A stretch of DNA of 64,000 bases from a cyanobacterium endosymbiont of Rhopalodia gibba (GTDB taxonomy: Bacteria; Cyanobacteriota; Cyanobacteriia; Cyanobacteriales; Microcystaceae). The notes under the pieces were generated by a model, which saw nothing but the letters and a program-made list of their open reading frames with translations, did no database searches and was not told the DNA's origin. Below are positions 47,827 to 58,381 of the stretch, one piece after another. The translations under genes and the position numbers were made by a program. Every line of letters begins with the position of its first letter. Positions within the stretch are counted from its first letter, which is position 1. The stretch covers positions 1,856,001 through 1,920,000 of the forward strand of contig CP067995.1 in NCBI GenBank assembly GCA_045159875.1, given 5' to 3'.

Positions 47827-49257
47827 TTATAGTTGCTTCACCTGAGCAACTAACTGGGATAGCATATCTTGCGCGTTGCCAAAAAGCATCATGGTTTTAT
47901 CTTCGTAGAAAAGTTGATTATCTACCCCAGCAAACCCAGTGCTAAGACCCCGCTTAATAACGATAGTATTGTGAGCTTTGTCCACTTCGAGAATAGGCAT
48001 TCCGAAAATTGGACTATTCTGATCGCTTTTTGCAGCAGGATTAACCACATCATTTGCCCCAATCACCAAGGCAACATCGATAGTATCAAATTCAGGGTTA
48101 ATGTCTTCCATATCATAAAGTTGATTGTAAGGAACATTTGCTTCAGCTAACAGCACATTCATGTGACCAGGCATTCTCCCGGCAACAGGATGGATAGCGT
48201 ATTTAACTTCTACACCCATTTTTTCAAGTTGATTGGCTAATTCACGCACAGTGTGTTGTGCTTGCGCCACTGCCATTCCATAACCAGGAACAATTACTAC
48301 GGAACGGGCGTATCCTAATATCATTGCTCCTTCTTCAGGATCGATGGAGTGAACAGTCTTATCAGCTGTTTCCCCAGAACTTCCATCATTAGCGATAGTT
48401 GCACCACCAAATGCGCCAAATAGAACGCTTAAAAGGGAACGGTTCATAGCTTTACACATGATTTCCGTTAAAATAATCCCTGATGCTCCTACTAACGCTC
48501 CTGCAACGATGAGCATATTATTTATTAAAATAAACCCAGCAGCACTAGCAGCTAACCCAGAAAAGGAGTTTAAGAGGGAGATAACCACGGGCATATCACC
48601 ACCCCCAATAGGAAGAACAAATAAGACCCCAAAAATAAGTGAAACGAAGACCAATCCCAAGAAAATAGAGATGTTGGTGGGATCTAAAAAGAGATAAACA
48701 CTACCGACAATAAAGCTAAAAAATAGCAGGACATTAAATGGCTGTTGTAAGGGGAAGGTAATAGGAGAACCACTGACTATTCCTTGTAGTTTCCCAAAAG
48801 CTAGTAAACTCCCAGTCAAAGTAATACCGCCGATAAAAACCCCTAAAATTGCCACTATAGTCGCGTCAACGGGGATAGTCTTTTCAACTTCTAATAACCG
48901 CCAAAATTCTCCAACGGCAATTAAGGCACTGGCTGCTCCTCCTAACCCGTTGAAAATACCCACCATTTGGGGCATAGCTGTCATAGCAACTTTTTGGGCA
49001 GTAATCCCCCCGATAAGGGAACCAATTACCACACTAATCAAAATCATTTGATAGTTAACCACTGACTGATTAATCATGGTGGCAATAATAGCCAGCAGCA
49101 TTCCGAATGAAGCAACAATGTTACCCCGACGAGCAGTTGCCGGAGAACCCAGTTGTTTTAACCCGATAATAAAAAGGGCAGCGGCGGTTAAATAGGCTAA
49201 TTCGATGCCAGTAGTTAATCCTGACAGGATATCCTTACATAAGATGGTATCGTTCAT
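47827..49257 (-). CDS. pntB: NAD(P) transhydrogenase subunit beta
   Basis: MPQMV..FNG.GG, IGGGDMPVVISLLNS, PGYGMAVAQAQ, HPVAGRMPGHMNVLLAEA, GANDVVNPAA. Confidence 0.96.
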   Translation of the reverse strand: MNDTILCKDILSGLTTGIELAYLTAAALFIIGLKQLGSPATARRGNIVASFGMLLAIIATMINQSVVNYQMILISVVIGSLIGGITAQKVAMTAMPQMVGIFNGLGGAASALIAVGEFWRLLEVEKTIPVDATIVAILGVFIGGITLTGSLLAFGKLQGIVSGSPITFPLQQPFNVLLFFSFIVGSVYLFLDPTNISIFLGLVFVSLIFGVLFVLPIGGGDMPVVISLLNSFSGLAASAAGFILINNMLIVAGALVGASGIILTEIMCKAMNRSLLSVLFGAFGGATIANDGSSGETADKTVHSIDPEEGAMILGYARSVVIVPGYGMAVAQAQHTVRELANQLEKMGVEVKYAIHPVAGRMPGHMNVLLAEANVPYNQLYDMEDINPEFDTIDVALVIGANDVVNPAAKSDQNSPIFGMPILEVDKAHNTIVIKRGLSTGFAGVDNQLFYEDKTMMLFGNAQDMLSQLVAQVKQL

Positions 49258-49263
49258 AGTTAT

Positions 49264-49551
49264 CTATGCTCCCTTCTTTTTAAACATCTGCAACATACGG
49301 TCAGTAACTAAAAAACCACCCACAACGTTAATGATAGCGAGGACAACGGCGATTAAGCCCAAAATCACGCTAAGACTCCACTCTTTAGGTCCAGCAATTA
49401 ATAACGCTCCAACAACGGCAATACCCGAAATTGCATTAGCCCCTGACATTAGAGGAGTATGCAGAGTAGGGGGAACTTTATTAATTACCTCAAACCCCAC
49501 AAATGAGGCTAAAACGAATACTACTAAACCAACCAACAGTCCAGTTGTCAT
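49264..49551 (-). CDS. pntA2: NAD(P) transhydrogenase subunit alpha part 2 (membrane)
   Basis: VPPTLHTPLMSGANAISGI, NVVGGFLVTDRMLQMF. Confidence 0.95.
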   Translation of the reverse strand: MTTGLLVGLVVFVLASFVGFEVINKVPPTLHTPLMSGANAISGIAVVGALLIAGPKEWSLSVILGLIAVVLAIINVVGGFLVTDRMLQMFKKKGA

Positions 49552-49664
49552 AAATAATTACACTCCTAAGCAGGATTCAGCATTATGGTATTGAGGTAAA
49601 AAACTCTAAACTAGATCTGTTAAAACTGTTGCCTTTTTCCTTCCCGATAGGCTAACCTTAGGCT

Positions 49665-50816
49665 TTAAGCAAACGTAGATAGAGCTTCTTTTACTTTGGG
49701 ATGGCGCAATTGTCCTTCATGGGTAACACAAGCTCCACCGATTATGTCATCGTCGAAATTAAGCTGCATTACTCCGTCTTTAACCAGGTATTTCACTAAT
49801 GTTAAGAGGTTCTTTGCATAAACTTGGCTGGCATTAACCGGAAGACTAGATGGTAAGTTCAAGGGGCCAATTACATGAACCCCGTTGTAAAAAATATTTT
49901 TTCCAGGTTCAGTACAGGCACAGTTGCCTCCACGATCAGCTGCAATATCGACAATTACCGAGCCAACTTTCATTTCTGCGACCATTTCCTCGGAAACGAT
50001 AACGGGAGCTCGTTTTCCTTGAACTTGAGCAGTTGTGATCACTACATCGGACTTTTTAACATGCTCAGTTAATACCTGACAAATAAGTTCTTGTGTATTT
50101 TTGGTGACTTCTTTGGCATAACCCCCTGTGGTGGTAGTGTTCTCCTGTATGGGAATTTCCACAAATTTAGCCCCAACACTTTGTACTTCCTCTTTGACGG
50201 CGGGACGAATATCAAACGCTTCCACTACAGCCCCTAAACGACGTGCAGTGGCGATTGCCTGTAATCCGGCAACTCCTGCCCCAATTACTAAAACTTTGGC
50301 GGGGGGAATGGTTCCAGCCGCTGTTGTCATCATGGGAAACAGTCGGGGGAGAGAAGCTGAGGCGATTAGGGCAGATTTATAACCGGCAATATTGGCTTGA
50401 GATGAAAGGGCATCCATACTTTGAGCTCGACTAGTACGAGGGATTAACTCCATGCTAAAAGCAGTGATTTGACGCTGTGCCAATTCCTGAATTTTCTCTG
50501 GGTTTCCCAAGGGATCAAGAAAACCGATTATCTTAGCTCCTGATTTAAGCCAATCCATTTCCATTTTTCCATGCTGTTCCCCTGGAGGAGCAACTTTAAG
50601 GAGGATATCGGCTTCTCCCCATAATTGTTCTGGAGAACTAATGATCTGTGCTCCTGCTGCTGTGTATTCAACATCGGTAAAATGACTTCCAAGTCCTGCT
50701 CCTGATTGAACTAATACCTGAAATCCCAATTTGATAAAACGGGCGACGGTATCGGGAACTAGAGCTACTCGCAATTCTCCTATTTCACTTTCCTTCGGAA
50801 CAGCAATTTTGAGCAT
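49665..50816 (-). CDS. pntA1: NAD(P) transhydrogenase subunit alpha part 1 (domain I)
   Basis: E.RVALVP, PRTSRAQSMDALSSQ, GAGVAGLQAIATA, GGYAKE, GGNC. Confidence 0.95.
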   Translation of the reverse strand: MLKIAVPKESEIGELRVALVPDTVARFIKLGFQVLVQSGAGLGSHFTDVEYTAAGAQIISSPEQLWGEADILLKVAPPGEQHGKMEMDWLKSGAKIIGFLDPLGNPEKIQELAQRQITAFSMELIPRTSRAQSMDALSSQANIAGYKSALIASASLPRLFPMMTTAAGTIPPAKVLVIGAGVAGLQAIATARRLGAVVEAFDIRPAVKEEVQSVGAKFVEIPIQENTTTTGGYAKEVTKNTQELICQVLTEHVKKSDVVITTAQVQGKRAPVIVSEEMVAEMKVGSVIVDIAADRGGNCACTEPGKNIFYNGVHVIGPLNLPSSLPVNASQVYAKNLLTLVKYLVKDGVMQLNFDDDIIGGACVTHEGQLRHPKVKEALSTFA

Positions 50817-51424
50817 GCTTAAACTTTCCTTCTATACTGTTATCGGTTAAAAAGAGCGTTGCTAGTATTTTGAGGGTTATTTTGGGGTTAAGAGCAAACC
50901 TTAAACCCTTCTTCGTTTTTGAAGACGTTTGCTTCATAGAGTTTAGCAAAACTTGATTAGTGTTTTTCCGTCAATGTAATTAACTACACTTTGATTAAGT
51001 TTTAAATAAACTTTGATCCTAGTTCTACACCATAGATCGTAACCTATGGAAAACCATGTAATTATAACTAAATGATTTAAATCAATAAATTTTTTCTCAT
51101 CACTAATTCTCATTATTTAAGATAAGAAATCTGTCATTAAATTCAATATACACAAATTCATTAATTTATTTTTTTTAAAAAAAGCTACAGTTTTTGTCAT
51201 TCAATCGTAATAAAGATACTATAATTTAATAGTTTAAAAAATATTTTTAAGTATATTATGTTACAATAAGGTTCAAAAATAAAGTAATTTTTTTTCAAAA
51301 AAAACTAAATAATTTTAGTTAAAAATCGCTTAAATAAATAATTTTAAAAAATAAACTATTGTTTATTTATCCTCTATTGTATAACTTGTAAAGCTAATTA
51401 TTTTAGGAGATTTTAAAATAAATT

Positions 51425-52210
51425 ATGATTATAAATAGGAGAAAATTTATAGCTTTTAACTTAGCAGTCTTAACGACGGCTTGTACAGATTCTAATTTAT
51501 ATAAAAAACAACAAAAAATTAATTTAACTGTCTCAGTTGCATCTAGTGTTCAGGATGTAATGAAGGATATTCGAGTCCTTTATCACAAGGAAAACCCAAG
51601 TGTTTATGTCAACTATAATTTCGGTTCCTCTGGTTCGTTACAACAACAAATTGAACAAGGGGCGCCAATTGATATTTTTCTCTCTGCAGCTCCTAAACAA
51701 ATGAATGTGCTACAAAGAAAAGAGCTGTTGTTAACAGAAACTAGACAAAATTTACTAAAAAATAGAGTTGTTTTAATTGTTCTTAAAGAGAAAGATAATA
51801 ATGTAACTTTTGAAAGCTTAAACAATGCTGACTTTAAAAAAGTTGCGTTAGGAGACCCCGCCAGTGTTCCTGCTGGACAGTATGGAAAAGAAGTTTTAAA
51901 TTTTTTAAAGCTATACAAAAAAATTGATTATAAGTTAGTTTTTGGGAAGAATACCCGTCAGATTTTATTTTATGTAGAAACAGGTAATGTTGACGCAGGA
52001 TTGGTCTATAAAACTGATGTCAAAATTTCTAATAAAGTTAAAATAGTAGATACAGCTCCTGAAAATTATCATTCTCCAATTATTTATCCTATTTCTGTTA
52101 TTAAACAAAGTAAATATCCAGAAGAAGCTAAAAAGTTTACAGAATTTCTTTTTAGTGAGAAAGTAAAAGATGTTTTTAAAAATTATGGATTTGGCTTAGT
52201 AAAAGATTAA
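51425..52210 (+). CDS. modA: Molybdate ABC transporter substrate-binding lipoprotein
   Basis: Lipobox-like TTAC; NFGSSGSLQQQIEQGAP.D.F.SA; GDPASVPAGQYG; YVETGNVDAG.VY.TD; HSPIIYP. Confidence 0.92.
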   Translation: MIINRRKFIAFNLAVLTTACTDSNLYKKQQKINLTVSVASSVQDVMKDIRVLYHKENPSVYVNYNFGSSGSLQQQIEQGAPIDIFLSAAPKQMNVLQRKELLLTETRQNLLKNRVVLIVLKEKDNNVTFESLNNADFKKVALGDPASVPAGQYGKEVLNFLKLYKKIDYKLVFGKNTRQILFYVETGNVDAGLVYKTDVKISNKVKIVDTAPENYHSPIIYPISVIKQSKYPEEAKKFTEFLFSEKVKDVFKNYGFGLVKD

Positions 52211-52237
52211 AACAATGATAAATCGATCAATCTTCTC

Positions 52238-53224
52238 CTATTCTAGATGTTTCCAGACAATTTGGAGAAGTTCCTCTAATCTTGTTCTTGTCACTGCAGA
52301 AATGGTGATAATTGGGAATGAATTAAGATTTCCTAATTCTGTTTTAATAGTTTGAATAGTTTCCTCATCTGCCGCATCTACTTTGTTAAGAGCAATAATC
52401 TGGGGACGATTGCTTAACCCTTTACCATAAGCGTTTAATTCCTCTTGAATAATCTGATAATCAGCGATCACATTGGTGGAAGTTACATCTACTAAATGCA
52501 ATAACAGACGAGTTCGTTCAATATGACGTAGAAATTCATGCCCCAACCCGATTCCTTCATGAGCACCTTTAATTAACCCTGGAATGTCTGCAAATACTGT
52601 TCCATCTCCTGTGGGTTTACGCACTACTCCTAAATTGGGAACTAGTGTAGTAAAAGGATAGTCGGCAATTTTAGGACGGGCTGCCGACAATGCAGCCATC
52701 AAGGTAGATTTTCCTGCGTTAGGTAAGCCGATAATTCCCACTTCGGCTAGTAATTTTAGCTCGAGGCGTAACCAGCGATGTTCCCCAGGAAGTCCATCGA
52801 GGGCATAGTCAGGAGCGCGATTTTGGTTACTGAGGAAGTGTTTATTTCCTAATCCTCCCTTACCTCCAGCCACTACACAGAGGGTTTGTCCCTTTTCTAC
52901 CAAGTCTCCCAAAATTTCTTCGGTTTCACCATCGTAGATAAGAGTTCCACAAGGAACTTCTATGATACAGTTTTTGCCATTGGCTCCTGTCCTATTGCTG
53001 GGTCCGCCTCGTTTCCCATCATCGGCCTTAAAACGACGCGCATAACAAAAGTCCAGTAAAGTTTGTAGGTTTTGATTAGCTACGAGAATAACTGAGCCTC
53101 CCCATCCCCCATTACCCCCTGCAGGTCCTCCAGCCGGAACATATTTTTCTCGTCGGAAGGCAACTAGACCATCCCCCCCTTTACCTGCTTCAACTTCAAT
53201 CTCAGCGCGATCAATAAATTGCAT
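52238..53224 (-). CDS. obgE: Obg-family GTPase ObgE/CgtA
   Basis: [47 protein letters not shown]. Confidence 0.97.
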   Translation of the reverse strand: MQFIDRAEIEVEAGKGGDGLVAFRREKYVPAGGPAGGNGGWGGSVILVANQNLQTLLDFCYARRFKADDGKRGGPSNRTGANGKNCIIEVPCGTLIYDGETEEILGDLVEKGQTLCVVAGGKGGLGNKHFLSNQNRAPDYALDGLPGEHRWLRLELKLLAEVGIIGLPNAGKSTLMAALSAARPKIADYPFTTLVPNLGVVRKPTGDGTVFADIPGLIKGAHEGIGLGHEFLRHIERTRLLLHLVDVTSTNVIADYQIIQEELNAYGKGLSNRPQIIALNKVDAADEETIQTIKTELGNLNSFPIITISAVTRTRLEELLQIVWKHLE

Positions 53225-53311
53225 AGAAAATTATTGTTGTAAGTCCCTAAATATGTCCTTTTCAGGGGTCAACACCTGTCGACCCTTACCTTAGTTTATT
53301 GTTTACTTATT

Positions 53312-54010
53312 CTAAACGTACTCTGAAATATCTTCCTTACAATTGTCAGACAAATAGCATAAAGCACGAAAACGCAAGCCGACGAGTTGTTCATAGAGAG
53401 GGTTAAGCTTACATAAAGCAGGAATGTGAACAATTTTATGTCCAAAAAGCTTAACATCTCGTTCAAAGGGACATTGAGAAGGGACCATCTTACAAATAAA
53501 TCTAGCAAGGCGAGGGTCATTAATATCCATTCCATCGAGCCAGTCTTTGAGAGGATGCAAGAGATCAGGATGGGGATGAGGCGGACTTGACAAAGAGATA
53601 GCGGCCCTGTCAACCTGTGCTTGTGGGTGTTTTTCCAGAGGAATGCACAGAGTATGTTCTAGGGATTTGAAGGCTTCTATCTTGAGTCCTAAAGCGTCGT
53701 TAAATTGATGTAATAACTCTGCTTCGGAGGGGGAGTAAATTCCATCAGCAATTGCCACTAAAACGGCGGTTCTTAAGAAATTTTCGGCAGTATTTTTATC
53801 AGGACCTAATGCTCTGGCTAATTTTTGGGGAGTAATCCCGCTAAAAGCTACATCTGTTGTATCTTCTAAAGCTAAATCTTGAGTAAGTTGAGAGATTAAA
53901 TTTTGTTCTTCGGTATCATAATGCCCGTCAGCCCAGGCAACAGTTAGTAAACCTTGTAACCAAGCAGAAATTTGAGTTTCAGTGTAAGAAGAGCGAGCAA
54001 CGCCAGCCAT
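53312..54010 (-). CDS. TerB-like + 'Mo-dependent nitrogenase C-terminal' domain protein
   Basis: VAWADG..D..E, AIADG.YS..E; CK.VP.QCPFERD..LFG.....IP.LCKLNPLYEQLVGLRFRAL.YL. Confidence 0.88.
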   Translation of the reverse strand: MAGVARSSYTETQISAWLQGLLTVAWADGHYDTEEQNLISQLTQDLALEDTTDVAFSGITPQKLARALGPDKNTAENFLRTAVLVAIADGIYSPSEAELLHQFNDALGLKIEAFKSLEHTLCIPLEKHPQAQVDRAAISLSSPPHPHPDLLHPLKDWLDGMDINDPRLARFICKMVPSQCPFERDVKLFGHKIVHIPALCKLNPLYEQLVGLRFRALCYLSDNCKEDISEYV

Positions 54011-54121
54011 AATAATATTCTAACTAAACACATTAAGTAAGGGATGGAGACAGTCGATTGCACGATAAACAATTAGTTTTTTCTATCTCCCTCCCTTACA
54101 AGTTTAACTTTGTACGTCACC

Positions 54122-54721
54122 CTATGGTTCAACAATTACCGGAATTCCTTTATCTACCAATTTAAATAAAGCTTTTACATCAGCATTCCTCATACGAACA
54201 CAACCATGAGAAACTGCTTGACCGATCAAATGTTCTCCAGGGGTTCCATGAAACCCAATATAATTCTTTCCGTTCGTCCAAAAGCCGATCCAACGTTCTC
54301 CGAGGGGACTATTTGTCCCTGGCGCACTTATTTTCCCATTCCAAGGATTTTCCCATTTTGGGTTTTTTATCATTTGAATGATTTCAAATTCTCCTTGTGG
54401 GGTCTCCCACCCTTTTTTACCAATCGCCACTCGATAACTAGCTAACAGTTTATCATCTTGATATGCGTAAACCTTACGCTCTTTTAACTTCAGTACTAAG
54501 CGCGTTGCTGATACTTTAGTTTCTGCCGGAGTTATTTTTTCCGCTAGACTAGCTTCTTTTAAAACAGCTGACGTAATTGGAGAAGTAGGGTTTTTTGCCG
54601 TTTCTGCCTTGAATAGTGCAGCCGTTTCTTTTGCTCCGACCTGCTTATTGATCAGGGATACGGGCAAAAAAAGACTCACACCAGCTAAGGTCAATGATAT
54701 TAAAAGTTGTTTAAACTTCAT
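54122..54721 (-). CDS. L,D-transpeptidase (YkuD/ErfK family)
   Basis: Signal peptide; VAIGKKGWETPQG; catalytic IGFHGT...SHGCVRM. Confidence 0.92.
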   Translation of the reverse strand: MKFKQLLISLTLAGVSLFLPVSLINKQVGAKETAALFKAETAKNPTSPITSAVLKEASLAEKITPAETKVSATRLVLKLKERKVYAYQDDKLLASYRVAIGKKGWETPQGEFEIIQMIKNPKWENPWNGKISAPGTNSPLGERWIGFWTNGKNYIGFHGTPGEHLIGQAVSHGCVRMRNADVKALFKLVDKGIPVIVEP

Positions 54722-55297
54722 TTTCTTATAGTTCTATGTAAACTTCCAATAGTTAGTTGGCAAACAACAATCGCACTGGCTCACCAGTATCTTAGAAGAT
54801 ATTTCAGGCAATAAAATCTAAATTTAATATTATTTTTTCCATAGTTCCTTTTCCATCTTCCCAACTCCACTTTATCTGTCCATCTCCTAAATGCGGTTTA
54901 GCAATTGCGGTAATTCCTGTTATCCTAATTCCTTCATTCCATAAACTTTTAAGAAAACTAGCATAGGAAAAATAGTGTCAATGATTAGTTAGTAACTTTG
55001 CTTCTTCTCTTACAAACAATGATCATAAATTTAAATTAAAGTTGTTGCTTTTCTAGTCGCTGATTTAACCATAGCCCAAATATTATTGGTACCTATCTAG
55101 GGAAACCCGCCTCTAATTTTTTTCGTGCAACAAAAGGCTTTTCATTGGGTTTACTTTAGCTCAATCTATTTTTTAATATTATGTGCTCAGGGTAAACGAC
55201 GAAACCATAGAATAGAGTTTATCCGACTAAACAGACATAAAGCATGGACTTTTTTTGATAAGGCATAGTACAATGGCAACCATTACTAAAAACTTCG

Positions 55298-55307
55298 GTG
55301 TGGGAGT
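55298..55307 (+). promoter_or_regulatory. Possible degenerate Yfr1 target site / RBS of the porin mRNA
   Basis: GTGTGGGAGT 11 nt before the ATG; one base short of GTGTGAGGAGT, the complement of the Yfr1 motif ACUCCUCACAC. Confidence 0.4.
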
Positions 55308-55318
55308 TAATTTAAATA

Positions 55319-57007
55319 ATGTTACAGATTAGAAATGTAGTCCAATTTTCCCTAATAATCCTAGGAATAGTGATGATAACTCCATCTAATTCCCAGGCTT
55401 CACCTGATACATCTAATTCCCCTATTTTATCTTTACCTAAGTTGCCCAAAAACAACTTAAGACTACAACAATTAAGTGATGGTTTCTTAAATAATACTGG
55501 TCCTCGTCAGCAATCACAGTTAACCAGTGTTTCAGAGTTACAAGATCTTTCTCCGACCCAATGGTCCTACGAAGCATTAAGGGGGTTGGTAGAACGCTAT
55601 GGTTGCGTTAGTGGGTATCCTGATGGACTTTTTAAAGGAGGCAGAACCCTATCCCGTGATGAATTTGCTAGCGGAATAAGTTCCTGTTCCGATGAGATAG
55701 AAATTTTATTAAAACAAAATGCAGCGGTTTTACGAGAAGACATAGAAAAAATAAAGCGTCTAGGGCAAGAGTTTGAGGCAGAAACGGGCTCCTTAGGAGC
55801 ACGAACGAATAATTTGGAATCACGTACAGCATATTCTGAAAATCATCAGTTTTCCACTACTACTGTTCTCACTGGTGAGATAATCATGGGGTTAACGGGG
55901 ATCACCAGTGGAGAGAAAAACCAAGGTACTGAAGACATCTTTAAGGTAACTAACCTAGGGTATCGGGGACGACTTAAATTAAATACTACTTTTGATGGAG
56001 ATGACTCGCTCTATATCCGTTTTGCAACAGGTACTACACCGTCTTATCCTGACATTACAGAAACATTTGAAGGGAAATTAAGCTTTTCACAACCTGATGA
56101 GAGTGATTTAGGTATACAACTGATTATCTATGATTTTGCACTCGCAGAAAATGTGCGGATGTTTGTTGAACCAGTCGGGGGTGCTTTTGATGACTTCGTT
56201 CCCACAGTGAACTTCCTTGATGGGGATGCAGCGTTTGGGGCGTTATCTTCATTTGGCACCCGTAACCCCCTTTATTATATGCCCGGGGGGCCAGGTATTG
56301 GTTTCCGAGGGCGGATTTTTGAAGTGTTTGAATGGAGTGGAGGTTATTTAGCCGACAAGGGTGCTAGTCCTCATTTGGGTGCAGGGATGTTCAATGGACC
56401 CTATGGTGTGATGGGACAACTCGCTTATGAACCCAATGACGATTTTAAAGTGGCGTTTACCTATTTGCATGGATATAACAATCTTGATTCAGGAACTGGT
56501 AGTCGTCGTTCTAATTTCCAAAGCTTTATCGAGGAAGAGTTTAAAGACTTTGGAGCCTCCGTTAATACAATTAATAATTCCTATAGAATGGAATTTAGTT
56601 GGCATATGTTTGACCAATTTGTTCTAGGTGCTTGGGGAGGCTTTACGACGACCAGAACCTTAGGGGCAATTGATTTAGGGAAAGATTTAAACCCCATAGG
56701 CAGAGGGAATCTAGATATTTGGAACTGGTCGATGAATTTAGCTTTTCCTGATGCTATTTTTGAAGGAGATACCGCCGGAATTATTATTGGGATGGAACCT
56801 TGGGTTTCTAAGTCTAATCTCGTCTTACCTAACGGGTTAAGAAATAATGACCGCGATAGTTCTTTTCATGTGGAAGCAATTTATGAATATGCGATCAATG
56901 ATAACATTTCAATTACCCCTGGTTTGATTCTCATTACTTCTCCTGATTATGACAACAGTAATAATTCTTTACTTATTGGAACAATTCGCACAACTTTCAC
57001 TTTCTAA
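55319..57007 (+). CDS. Cyanobacterial outer-membrane porin (SLH domain + OprB-type beta-barrel)
   Basis: Q.TSVSEL.D.SPT.W.YEAL..LVERYGC..GYPDG, QFSTTT.L.GE, NDNISITPG, C-terminal IRTTFTF. Confidence 0.92.
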   Translation: MLQIRNVVQFSLIILGIVMITPSNSQASPDTSNSPILSLPKLPKNNLRLQQLSDGFLNNTGPRQQSQLTSVSELQDLSPTQWSYEALRGLVERYGCVSGYPDGLFKGGRTLSRDEFASGISSCSDEIEILLKQNAAVLREDIEKIKRLGQEFEAETGSLGARTNNLESRTAYSENHQFSTTTVLTGEIIMGLTGITSGEKNQGTEDIFKVTNLGYRGRLKLNTTFDGDDSLYIRFATGTTPSYPDITETFEGKLSFSQPDESDLGIQLIIYDFALAENVRMFVEPVGGAFDDFVPTVNFLDGDAAFGALSSFGTRNPLYYMPGGPGIGFRGRIFEVFEWSGGYLADKGASPHLGAGMFNGPYGVMGQLAYEPNDDFKVAFTYLHGYNNLDSGTGSRRSNFQSFIEEEFKDFGASVNTINNSYRMEFSWHMFDQFVLGAWGGFTTTRTLGAIDLGKDLNPIGRGNLDIWNWSMNLAFPDAIFEGDTAGIIIGMEPWVSKSNLVLPNGLRNNDRDSSFHVEAIYEYAINDNISITPGLILITSPDYDNSNNSLLIGTIRTTFTF

Positions 57008-57108
57008 TTTTCTAATTTTCTAATCACTGTAGATAACTTCTCCATACATATTTTTCTTCTAAAGAAAGGACTCTGAACAAGTATCAAAACTGAATTTAAT
57101 TGTCATTT

Positions 57109-57154
57109 GATAACAATAATTATACAAGACAGGTTTAGTATAATTATTGTTATC
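57109..57154. terminator. 17-bp-arm hairpin downstream of the porin
   Basis: GATAACAATAATTATAC / GTATAATTATTGTTATC, 12-nt loop. Confidence 0.6.
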
Positions 57155-57546
57155 CTCATTTTGAGGTCCTTATCATATAAGATAATTTGAGTTTCTGACA
57201 GTTAACATTATTGTCATTGCCAAACTAAGCTCTGTTAAGCTCTGGCAGACTTTCGTTATCCTAAGTTTAGTAGCTCCAGAATGATAGCCGTTTCTATTCT
57301 TTTCTCTTTACCATAGTTTCAATTTTATCTGCTTCTTTATTTAAAATTTTTTTGTTCTTTGTAGTTCTTCTTCTTTAGAAGATGGATAAGTCCTTGTACT
57401 AACTTTTGTGATTTAGTTATTTACAGCTTTTTTACTTACGGATTCTCTCCAAAGCTCATTTTAAACATAATATTTTTATCCTTGTTCTTGTTCTGAAGAA
57501 ATTTTTTTGCACAAGTCAACGTTGATAGTTCTTACTCTTCCAATTC

Positions 57547-57585
57547 TGTTTGCTGGATACTAAGTAAGCTGGTATCCAGCAAACA
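57547..57585. repeat. Inverted repeat, 14-bp arms, 11-nt loop
   Basis: TGTTTGCTGGATAC / GTATCCAGCAAACA. Confidence 0.9.
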
Positions 57586-58381
57586 CTCTCTTTTGATTAT
57601 TTTATTTGTGGTTTTTTTAAAAAAGTTCACCTATTTTAACTTTAAAAAAAGATAATGCAAACGTAGTTTTTCTAGACTTAATATTCTAAATTAACAGCTA
57701 ACAACTTTTAAAACTTTTATTTTTAATAAATTCCGTAATTTTAGAGATCTGATTTATATAAAAATTAAATTTTTTGATTCTTTGATACCTTGCAAAGTAA
57801 CACTTTTTTGTTCACTATGTTTTTCTGATAACTATCAGATAATAATTACATAAGTTTACTTTTGTAAAAAAAACAGTATTTTACAAGTTTCGATAAACTT
57901 TTGATTCAGAGAAAAGATCTCTATCAGTTTTGTTATATTCCCGATAGTCAACCAGAAAAATGAAGAACTCTTTACTTTGAAAGTGTTGTGCTAAACTGAT
58001 ATTATAATTAATGTTTCTAGCATTATCATGTAAATATAAAAGAATGCGATAACTGTTTCAATCAGTGGATATCCAACATATATAGATGTGTTTTTTTATT
58101 ATCTACAATCAATATATTTAACCCAAACTTATGGTAATCTAATCCTAAGTTTTAAGAAAAATAATTTACCTGACGAGAGGTAACAAAAATTAATTGCTTT
58201 TCTTGAATTACTAGCTCTAAATAAGCAACTTTTATTTGGAATAGTTCCAGCTCACTGACTATCTATCCTAAAATAAAATCGACGATACATACCTCAAAAG
58301 TCTTCTTTGAATAATTATTCATAAATTAATAGTTTTAATTGATAATACATGTTTTATCAGCTATCAAAAATTAATTGTTCA

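Noticed and set aside
49264..50816. Split pntA as a pseudogenisation event
   Set aside because: The alpha1/alpha2 split with separate starts and stops is a normal three-gene transhydrogenase architecture
53312..54010. 'Mo-dependent nitrogenase C-terminal' domain as evidence of a nif gene
   Set aside because: This domain family also occurs in non-diazotrophic cyanobacteria, and no nitrogenase motifs are present
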